DNA of 64,000 nucleotides, taken from assembly GCA_013626165.1 (NCBI GenBank), contig NDHX01000007.1, positions 6,560 to 70,559 on the forward strand, read 5' to 3'. Positions 57,269-64,000 of the stretch are shown piece by piece (the stretch's first letter is position 1; each line of letters begins with the position of its first letter). The DNA comes from Candidatus Velesiimonas alkalicola (GTDB lineage: Bacteria > Omnitrophota > Gorgyraeia > Velesiimonadales > Velesiimonadaceae). A program made the position numbers and the translations under genes. Under the pieces are notes generated by a model. The model saw only the letters and a program-made list of their open reading frames with translations, was not told the DNA's origin and made no database searches.

Positions 57269-59425
57269 ATGGATTTGTTATTGTTAGCGCCGGTTGGTTC
57301 AATTATTGCCCTGGGTTTTGCTGCATATTCTGCAGCCAGTATCCTAAAACTTTCAGAGGGGACAGAGCGGATGAAAGAGATTGCCTCTGCTGTCCGAGAA
57401 GGGGCAAAGGCATATCTTAAAAGACAGTACTTCATTGTTTCAATATTTTTTGCAAGTATATTTGTGGCCCTTCTTGTAATGGCAATGTTGGACCTTGTTG
57501 TAATATTTACTCCGTTTGCATTTTTGACAGGAGGATTTTATTCTGGTTTAAGCGGTTTTATAGGAATGACCATAGCAACACAGTCAGGTTCAAGAACAGC
57601 AAACGCAGCCCGTAAAAGTCTTAATTTGGGCTTAAGGGTTGCGTTTTCAAGTGGTACTGTTATGGGACTTACAGTTGTAGGGCTTGGGCTTTTAGATCTT
57701 TCTATCTGGTATTATTTTTTAAACTGGTATTACAGTGTCTATCCCTTACCGGGCGGTGTTGCTGATAAGATAGGGGCTATAACATCGGTAATGCTTTCCT
57801 GTGGTATGGGCGCATCTTCAATGGCTCTTTTTGCCCGTGTCGGAGGCGGGATATTTACAAAAGCAGCTGATGTGGGAGCAGACCTTGTGGGCAAAACAGA
57901 AGCAGGAATACCTGAAGATGACCCCAGAAACCCGGCGGTTATAGCAGACAATGTAGGAGACAATGTGGGTGATGTTGCAGGAATGGGTGCTGACCTTTAT
58001 GAATCATATGTGGGTGCAATAGTTTCAACATCTGCACTTGCAGTTGCAGCAGGACTTGGGAAGGGAGGTGTTACAGTTCCTATGACAATTGCAGCCTTAG
58101 GGATTGTTGCTTCTATAATAGGCACATTTTTTGTAAGATCAAAAGAACAGGCAGAACAGGGTGCTCTTCTTGCTGCACTGAGAAGAGGAACATTTACAAG
58201 CGCGATGCTTATTGCAATACTTTCGTTCTTTATTATAAGGTCTGTACTAGGCATGCAGTATATCGGTGTTTATTGGGCAATTCTAATAGGGCTTGTTGCG
58301 GGTGTTCTTATAGGTTTAAGCACAGAGTATTTTACATCTGATAGATATCATCCTACAAAAACAATTGCAGATGCTTCTGTTACAGGTCCTGCAACAGTTA
58401 TCATAGCAGGATTAGGAGTTGGTATGCTTTCAACTGCTATTCCTGTTATTATTGTAGGAATTGCAATACTTTTTTCATATTATCTTCCCATAGTTATTGC
58501 AACAGCAAACGGTGTTGTGTTTTTATCAAATGTCCATCAACTTAATGTGGGCCTTTATGGTGTTGCTGCATCAGCAGTTGGTATGCTTTCAACTCTCGGT
58601 ATAACGCTTGCAACAGATGCATACGGACCTGTTGCAGACAATGCAGGCGGAAATGCACAGATGTCTCATCTTGAACCCGAGGTAAGAAAAAGAACAGATG
58701 CCCTTGATTCACTTGGCAACACAACAGCGGCAACAGGAAAAGGATTTGCAATAGGAAGTGCTGCTCTTACATCGCTTGCGCTTATTGCTGCATACAAAAG
58801 TCAGGTTGAAATAGTCGCAGCAAGGCTTAATATCCATTTAGATATGGCATTAGATTTAAGTATAATAAATCCGAGGGTTATTGCAGGACTTTTTATAGGA
58901 GGTATGCTTCCTTTCTTTTTCTCTTCTCTTACAATGCGGGCAGTTGGTCGTACGGCCCAGGGTATCGTAAAAGAGGTAAGAAGGCAATTCCGAGAAATAC
59001 CTGGAATTATGGAAGGAAGCGCAAAACCGGACTATGCAAGATGTGTAAGAATATCTACTGCTGGGGCACAGAAAGAAATGATAGCGCCATCTATACTTGC
59101 AGTATGCTCTCCTATTGTTGTTGGAATTACAATGGGTATTGAGGCCTTGATAGGATTGCTTACAGGTTCTCTGGTAAGTGGTTTTGTTCTTGCTGTTATG
59201 ATGGCAAATGCAGGCGGTGCGCTGGACAATGCAAAGAAGTACATAGAAGGCGGAAAACACGAGGGGAAGGGGTCATATGCACACAAGGCGGCTGTTGTAG
59301 GAGATACCGTAGGCGACCCATTAAAAGATACATCGGGTCCTTCTTTAAACATACTTCTTAAGCTTATGCCAATAGTATCAATAGTTTTTGCGGGTTTGAT
59401 TTTAAAATATACAATATACCCATAG
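57269..59425 (+). CDS. hppA: membrane-bound proton/sodium-translocating pyrophosphatase
   Basis: 718 aa, 16 transmembrane segments, GDNVGDVAGMGADL, DNAGGN motifs; Ala in GNTTAATGKGF suggests K+-dependent subtype. Confidence 0.95.
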   Translation: MDLLLLAPVGSIIALGFAAYSAASILKLSEGTERMKEIASAVREGAKAYLKRQYFIVSIFFASIFVALLVMAMLDLVVIFTPFAFLTGGFYSGLSGFIGMTIATQSGSRTANAARKSLNLGLRVAFSSGTVMGLTVVGLGLLDLSIWYYFLNWYYSVYPLPGGVADKIGAITSVMLSCGMGASSMALFARVGGGIFTKAADVGADLVGKTEAGIPEDDPRNPAVIADNVGDNVGDVAGMGADLYESYVGAIVSTSALAVAAGLGKGGVTVPMTIAALGIVASIIGTFFVRSKEQAEQGALLAALRRGTFTSAMLIAILSFFIIRSVLGMQYIGVYWAILIGLVAGVLIGLSTEYFTSDRYHPTKTIADASVTGPATVIIAGLGVGMLSTAIPVIIVGIAILFSYYLPIVIATANGVVFLSNVHQLNVGLYGVAASAVGMLSTLGITLATDAYGPVADNAGGNAQMSHLEPEVRKRTDALDSLGNTTAATGKGFAIGSAALTSLALIAAYKSQVEIVAARLNIHLDMALDLSIINPRVIAGLFIGGMLPFFFSSLTMRAVGRTAQGIVKEVRRQFREIPGIMEGSAKPDYARCVRISTAGAQKEMIAPSILAVCSPIVVGITMGIEALIGLLTGSLVSGFVLAVMMANAGGALDNAKKYIEGGKHEGKGSYAHKAAVVGDTVGDPLKDTSGPSLNILLKLMPIVSIVFAGLILKYTIYP

Positions 59426-59430
59426 TAGGA

Positions 59431-59575
59431 TAGAGCACCAGTGCACCAGAGCACCAGCGCACCAGAGCACCAGAGCACCAGTGCACCAGAGCACCAGCGC
59501 ACCAGTCACCAGTGCACCATGGCACCAGTCACCAGTGCACCATGGCACCAGTCACCAGAGCACCAGAGTAGAGAG
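59431..59575. repeat. 145-bp 8-mer CACCAGNG array with 32-mer and 23-mer higher-order repeats upstream of nagB
   Basis: gagcaccagtgcaccagagcaccagcgcacca x2, then gtcaccagtgcaccatggcacca x2. Confidence 0.9.
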
Positions 59576-59581
59576 AGAAGT

Positions 59582-60313
59582 ATGAATATAATAATTGTAA
59601 AGAACAAACAAGAACTTGGCAAGAAAGCGGCAAGTGTCGGAACTCAAATTATAAAAAAAGCAATAAAACAAAGAGGCTATTGCAATGTTATTCTTGCAAC
59701 AGGTCTATCACAGTTTCAAGTGCTTGAAAATTTATTAAAAGAAGATATAAACTGGAATAAAATTGTCGGATTTCATTTGGACGAGTATATAGGTTTGCCT
59801 ATTGCACACCCTGCATCTTTCAGGCTTTATCTCTGGAAAAGGTTTATAAGCAGGTTGCCTTTCCCGTTGAACAATTTTTATTTTATAAATGCAGATGTTA
59901 ATCCTGAAACAGAATGCGCAAGGCTCGGGGAAATAATTAAAAAACATCCCGTAGATGTCGCGTTTATAGGAATCGGAGAAAACGGACACATTGCCTTTAA
60001 TGACCCTCCTGCTGATTTTAAGACAAAAAAACCATATATTGTTGTCCAATTGGACAAAAAATGTAAAATACAGCAATACAAGGAAGGTTGGTTTAAAACT
60101 ATACAAGATGTGCCAGGCAGGGCAATATCTATGTCAGTCCAACACATATTAAAAAGCAAAACAATCATCTGCTGTGCCCCTGATAAGAGAAAGGCAGAGG
60201 TTATAAGGAGTGCGATTAAGGAAAAGATTTCACCAGATTGTCCTGCATCGGCCTTGCAAAAACACCCCGATGTTTATATGTATTTAGACAAAGAATCCGC
60301 AAGCCTTTTGTGA
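59582..60313 (+). CDS. nagB: glucosamine-6-phosphate deaminase
   Basis: Start at MNIIIV (Shine-Dalgarno GAGAGAGAAG); NagB motifs ILATGLSQ, FHLDEYIGLP, GIGENGHIAFNDPP. Confidence 0.8.
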   Translation: MNIIIVKNKQELGKKAASVGTQIIKKAIKQRGYCNVILATGLSQFQVLENLLKEDINWNKIVGFHLDEYIGLPIAHPASFRLYLWKRFISRLPFPLNNFYFINADVNPETECARLGEIIKKHPVDVAFIGIGENGHIAFNDPPADFKTKKPYIVVQLDKKCKIQQYKEGWFKTIQDVPGRAISMSVQHILKSKTIICCAPDKRKAEVIRSAIKEKISPDCPASALQKHPDVYMYLDKESASLL

Positions 60314-60316
60314 AAT

Positions 60317-60345
60317 AGGGTCTGCTGAAAAACTCATCAGACCCT
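60317..60345 (+). terminator. recurrent 3'-end hairpin element AGGGTCTGCTGAAAAACTCATCAGACCCT (copy after nagB)
   Basis: 12-bp stem with one mismatch; same element in same gene-relative orientation at 3965-3993 (overlapping xseA stop) and a partial copy at ~60980-61000. Confidence 0.5.
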
Positions 60346-60479
60346 AAAATAATCAATATGTTTTTCTTTGGTGATATAATGGAGAAAGGATCAGTATTAA
60401 AAAAGCCAGAATATCTGGAACAAGCTTACACTCTCGGAATGAATTTAAAGGATTTATAGAAAAAGGGGGTAGATTAGAT

Positions 60480-60680
60480 ATGCTAAAAATAGAGGAAATA
60501 GAAGCTACAATTGAATCGCTTTCAGACGATGAATATGCTCGTTTGAGAGAGTGGTTTTATGAAAGGGATTGGAAAAAATGGGATAGACAGATTGAAGTAG
60601 ACTCAGAATCGGGAAATTTGGATTTTCTGATCAAGGAAGCTATTGATGAAAAAAAACAGGGAAATCTCAAGGAACTCTAA
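60480..60680 (+). CDS. putative type II antitoxin (addiction-module component)
   Basis: 66 aa acidic protein directly upstream of, and stop/start-overlapping (TAAATG), a RelE/ParE-like toxin; extended -10 TGaTATAAT about 90 nt upstream. Confidence 0.55.
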   Translation: MLKIEEIEATIESLSDDEYARLREWFYERDWKKWDRQIEVDSESGNLDFLIKEAIDEKKQGNLKEL

Positions 60681-60941
60681 ATGCATCTAACAATAAACCG
60701 CTTTTGGAAGTGTTTTAAGAATCTTCCTGTTGCCGTTCAAAAGGTATCAAAGAAAAACTTTGAGTTGCTCAAAACGAACCCTTCGCACCCATCCCTCCAT
60801 TTCAAGAAAATTGGTAAGTTTTGGTCAGTACGAGCTGGAATTAATCATAGGGCGCTTGCGATTGAGGATGGTGAAGACTTTATTTGGGTTTGGATTGGCA
60901 CTCATGAAGAATATGAAAGAATGATTAAGGGAATGGGCTAA
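60681..60941 (+). CDS. RelE/ParE-family type II toxin
   Basis: 86 aa; ...LHFKKIGKFWSVRAGINHRALAIEDGEDFIWVWIGTHEEY matches the RelE/ParE beta-sheet core pattern. Confidence 0.7.
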   Translation: MHLTINRFWKCFKNLPVAVQKVSKKNFELLKTNPSHPSLHFKKIGKFWSVRAGINHRALAIEDGEDFIWVWIGTHEEYERMIKGMG

Positions 60942-60950
60942 TAATTTATT

Positions 60951-60978
60951 CCAGCGGGTGGCTATCAGCCACCCGCTG
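60951..60978 (+). terminator. hairpin terminator after the TA pair
   Basis: ccagcgggtggct atc agccacccgctg, 12-bp perfect stem. Confidence 0.5.
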
Positions 60979-61078
60979 AATTAGTGAAAAACTCATCAGA
61001 CCCTGCAATCTTTTCAAAATCTGTGTAACCAGGTATAATCCTTAAGTTTACACCTGAAGATTATACCAGGAGGAAATT

Positions 61079-61270
61079 ATGGATACCACAAGATTTGTGC
61101 ATTGGCAAGACGATAATATGTGGCTCGGCTATTTGGAAGAATATCCTGACTACATAACGCAGGGAGAAACTTTAAATGAATTAAAAGAAAATTTAAAAGA
61201 TTTATATAACGACCTGATTGGCGGTGTAATTCCCTGCGTCAGAAAACTTGCTGAGTTAGAAGTGGCGTGA
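61079..61270 (+). CDS. hicB: HicB-like antitoxin (UPF0150, short form without DNA-binding domain)
   Basis: 63 aa; FVHWQDDNMWLGYLEEYPDYITQGETLNELKENLKD typical HicB/UPF0150 fold; AGGAGG Shine-Dalgarno. Confidence 0.65.
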   Translation: MDTTRFVHWQDDNMWLGYLEEYPDYITQGETLNELKENLKDLYNDLIGGVIPCVRKLAELEVA

Positions 61271-61377
61271 AAAGAAAAGACTTAATCAGGCAATTAGAGA
61301 ACATAGATTGTGTTTTTATAAGACATGGAGGAAAACATAACTGGTATCAAAATACTAAAACAAAAATAGTTTAACCT
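61267..61377 (+). pseudogene. hicA: truncated HicA-like mRNA interferase remnant
   Basis: GTG overlapping hicB stop; VKRKDLIRQLENIDCVFIRHGGKHNWYQN matches HicA N-terminus (KxLIKxLEKxGW..R..GSH), premature stop after 36 codons. Confidence 0.4.
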
Positions 61378-61431
61378 ATTCCGAGGCATAACGAAACGAA
61401 TCACTTTACCAGGCCCCGTAAAAACTTGGAA

Positions 61432-61475
61432 GCAACTGGTGCACTGGTGCACTGGTGTTCTGGTGCTAAGGGCTT
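61432..61475. repeat. 8-mer array (GGTGCACT variant)
   Basis: caactggtgcactggtgcactggtgttctggtgct. Confidence 0.85.
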
Positions 61476-64000
61476 ATTAGTTTGATATTTGTTTCTAACA
61501 GCGTCTTTTCTTGTTTTAAAAGAGTAAGTCTTTGTTTTGTTTCTGATACCACCTGTTCGGGTGCATTTTGTATAAACGAAGGATTTTTTAGTCTTTTTTC
61601 AATGCTCTGTATTTCTTTTGTTGTTGTATCAATCTGTTTTTTCAGCCTGCATTTTTCCTTTTCTATATCAATAATCCCTTTTAGTGGTATATATATCTGT
61701 ATATCTTCAACAACTCTTATTGCCGCATCAGAAACAACTGTTGTGTTTTTTTCAAAGGTAATTTTTCCTGCCCCTGATAGAAAAGAAATGGTGTGATGAT
61801 TATTCTTTAATACTTCTCTGTATGCCTCTTTTTGGACGCACACTGTAACATCTATAATTTTGTCCCTGGGTATATGTGTATCTGCCCGTATATTTCTTAT
61901 TGCACTGACCACATGCATTAGACTTTTCATCTTTGATTCTGCATCTGTGGAAATTAATTTTTGGTCACAAACAGGCCAGGATGCTATTATTATGTGTCTT
62001 TTGTTTTCATCCGGTATATACTTTTTAACCTCTTGCCATATCTGTTCTGTAATAAATGGCATAAACGGATGTAATAGTTTAAGTATATTATCAAGAAGAT
62101 ATATAAGTATTCTTGATGTATTTGGGTCTGAGAGTCTTGATTTTGCAATTTCAACATACCAATCACAGAACTCACTCCAAACAAAATTGTATACAATGTT
62201 TGCAGACTCACTAAAATGATAATTGTCCAATGCGTTTGAAACATCTTTTATCGTAACCTGCATCCTTGATATTATCCATCTATCTGCAAGTGAAAGGCTC
62301 TCTACATCATTAAACATATCAATTATCTTTTTATCCTGCACCTGCATCAATACAAACCTTGATACATTCCAGGCCTTATTTGCAAAGTTTCTCCCTAATT
62401 CAAAATGTTTTGATGAGTTCACTGTTTTTCCAAGAAAAGTCTTTACCCGTTTAACAGGAAGTCGGACATCCTGTGTTTCTGTTGCTATGTGTGCTAATGT
62501 CCATCTTAGTGCATCTGCACCATAAAGTGTTATTATGTCTTCCGGGTCAACACCGTTGCCCAAACTTTTTTTCATAGGCCTTCCCTGCCCATCCTGTATA
62601 ACGGTATGTATGACAACATCCTTAAAAGGAATTTCCTTCATATTATAAAGACCGACTACAACCATTCTTGCAACCCACAGTGTTATGATTTCTCTTGCAG
62701 TGATAAGAACATCCGTAGGATAGTATGCTTTTAACTGTTTTTCATTATCAGGCCAGCCTAATGTTGCAGATGGCCACAGGGCAGATGAAAACCAGGTATC
62801 AAGAACATCCCTGTCTTGCTCAATTGTTGCTCCCTTTATTGCATCAGAAGATATATCGGTATCTCTTGAACAGATAAAAATAGTATCCCCTTCTTTCTTT
62901 AATGCAATGTCATCTCTGTTTGCAAATATTTCTTTTACCTTTTTCTCATCACAGTTTCTTGCCCACCACACCGGAATTCTGTGTCCCCACCACAACTGCC
63001 TTGATATGCACCAGTCTTTTTTTTCTCCGAGCCAGTCAAGAAAAGTTTTTGCATACCTTTGAGGATAAAATTTTATTCTTCCGCTTTTTACCGCATCAAG
63101 TGCCGGACTTGCAATCTCAGACATCCTTACAAACCACTGTTCTGAAAGCATCGGTTCTATCGGTGTCTTTGAACGGTCACTGTGTGCAATCTCTGTTGTA
63201 TAATCCTCCATACGGTCAATAAGCCCCAAGATTTGCAGTTCTTCAACAATGGCCTTTCTTGCAGAATATCTTTCAAGCCCCTTGTATTTACCTGCATTTT
63301 CATTAAGTGTTCCATCCGTATTCAGAATGTTAACCATAGAAAGTCTGTTCCGTAAGGCGCAAGCATAATCATTGGGGTCGTGGGCAGGAGTAACCTTTAC
63401 GCAACCGCTTCCAAATTCCATACTTACAAGAACAGAATCCGCAATAATAGGAATCTGTCTTTTTAGTATTGGAAGGATACAAGAACGTCCTATAAACTTT
63501 TTATATCTTTTATCATCCGGATGAACCGCAACCGCCACATCCCCTAACATCGTTTCAGGTCTTGTGGTTGCAACAATAAGATACCCGCTTCCATCCGTAA
63601 GTGGGTATCTTATGTGCCATATATGTGTTTTTACGGTATCATGATACAGTTCATCATCTGCAACCGCCGTCTGCAAAAAAGTATCCCAGTTTACAAGCCT
63701 TTTCCCCCTGAAAATAAGCCCCTGCCTGAACAATTCAAAAAATGTATATCTTACCGCTTTTGCGCATACAGAATCTAGTGTAAACCGTTTTTTATCCCAG
63801 TCACAGGAACATCCCATTTTTTTAAGCTGTTTTATTATCCTTGATTCATATTCATCCTTCCATTGCCACATCTTTTGGACAAGTCCTTCTTTTCCTATGC
63901 TATATCTTGTTTTCTTTTCTTGTTCAAAAAGTCTTTTTTCAACGACAGCCTGTGTTGCAATACCCGCATGGTCTGTTCCCGGCACCCACAATGTATCAAA
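61466..64000 (-). CDS. valS: valyl-tRNA synthetase (N-terminus beyond window edge)
   Basis: KMSKS as PMKKSLGNG, class I editing and anticodon-binding domains, C-terminal coiled-coil; ORF open at 64000. Confidence 0.95.
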   Translation of the reverse strand, partial: FDTLWVPGTDHAGIATQAVVEKRLFEQEKKTRYSIGKEGLVQKMWQWKDEYESRIIKQLKKMGCSCDWDKKRFTLDSVCAKAVRYTFFELFRQGLIFRGKRLVNWDTFLQTAVADDELYHDTVKTHIWHIRYPLTDGSGYLIVATTRPETMLGDVAVAVHPDDKRYKKFIGRSCILPILKRQIPIIADSVLVSMEFGSGCVKVTPAHDPNDYACALRNRLSMVNILNTDGTLNENAGKYKGLERYSARKAIVEELQILGLIDRMEDYTTEIAHSDRSKTPIEPMLSEQWFVRMSEIASPALDAVKSGRIKFYPQRYAKTFLDWLGEKKDWCISRQLWWGHRIPVWWARNCDEKKVKEIFANRDDIALKKEGDTIFICSRDTDISSDAIKGATIEQDRDVLDTWFSSALWPSATLGWPDNEKQLKAYYPTDVLITAREIITLWVARMVVVGLYNMKEIPFKDVVIHTVIQDGQGRPMKKSLGNGVDPEDIITLYGADALRWTLAHIATETQDVRLPVKRVKTFLGKTVNSSKHFELGRNFANKAWNVSRFVLMQVQDKKIIDMFNDVESLSLADRWIISRMQVTIKDVSNALDNYHFSESANIVYNFVWSEFCDWYVEIAKSRLSDPNTSRILIYLLDNILKLLHPFMPFITEQIWQEVKKYIPDENKRHIIIASWPVCDQKLISTDAESKMKSLMHVVSAIRNIRADTHIPRDKIIDVTVCVQKEAYREVLKNNHHTISFLSGAGKITFEKNTTVVSDAAIRVVEDIQIYIPLKGIIDIEKEKCRLKKQIDTTTKEIQSIEKRLKNPSFIQNAPEQVVSETKQRLTLLKQEKTLLETNIKLISP

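Noticed and set aside
59431-59575. Repeat arrays as possible CRISPR arrays
   Set aside because: The units are 7 to 8 nt, with 23 to 32 nt at most in higher-order form. They are contiguous with no unique spacers, and there are no cas genes. They are simple tandem repeats, not CRISPR.
60351-60479. Small ORF MFFFGDIMEKGSVLKKPEYLEQAYTLGMNLKDL upstream of the TA pair
   Set aside because: It has no Shine-Dalgarno and no recognisable family, and it overlaps the predicted promoter. It is likely non-coding leader.

Overview
This 64 kb window is an AT-rich chromosomal segment, almost certainly from a diderm bacterium, since it carries BamA and type IV pilus genes. It is densely packed with housekeeping operons, most on the minus strand, and contains no rRNA, tRNA or CRISPR. 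The core genes, left to right, are:
- nadK-dxs-ispA-xseB/xseA, der, pgsA
- a lipoprotein gene and a PSP1/RicT gene
- metG-proS
- two trkA genes plus trkH, then purN
- asp23/amaP and accB-accC
- a type IV pilus motor block: pilC, pilB, pilT and a second pilB
- panE, an ABC ATPase and a P1B-type ATPase
- three clustered SPFH (HflK/C-like) genes with an ABC-2 permease
- a pfkB kinase, thiC, bamA, dnaB
- rplI, rpsR, ssb, rpsF
- pth-rplY-prs, hisG, rpsA, ispH, plsC, cmk, tyrA
- secF
- two xylose-isomerase-like TIM-barrel genes plus a Gfo/Idh/MocA oxidoreductase
- the membrane H+/Na+ pyrophosphatase gene hppA, then nagB and a partial valS
Accessory or defence content is an R-M-like cassette (a beta-class amino-methyltransferase plus a putative PD-(D/E)xK nuclease) wedged into the 3' end of proS, an AbiEi/AbiEii type IV toxin-antitoxin pair, a ParE/RelE-type toxin-antitoxin pair, and a HicB antitoxin next to a decayed hicA.
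The most unusual signal is non-coding. Nearly every larger intergenic spacer holds arrays of an 8-mer (GGTGCTCT, reading CACCAGAG on the other strand). These are usually headed by GGTGACTGG and end immediately upstream of the Shine-Dalgarno sequence, and they often sit next to 7-mer CTACTAT arrays. There are also several multi-copy structured elements:
- a roughly 185 bp MITE-like (miniature inverted-repeat transposable element-like) unit with terminal inverted repeats, inserted between rpsR and rplI and again upstream of prs, with compensatory hairpin changes between the two copies
- a 70 bp perfect-palindrome element in two copies
- a roughly 130 bp perfect tandem duplication carrying a highly basic micro-ORF
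- a recurrent hairpin at gene 3' ends
All product calls come from motif recognition by eye in the translated ORFs; no database search was possible.
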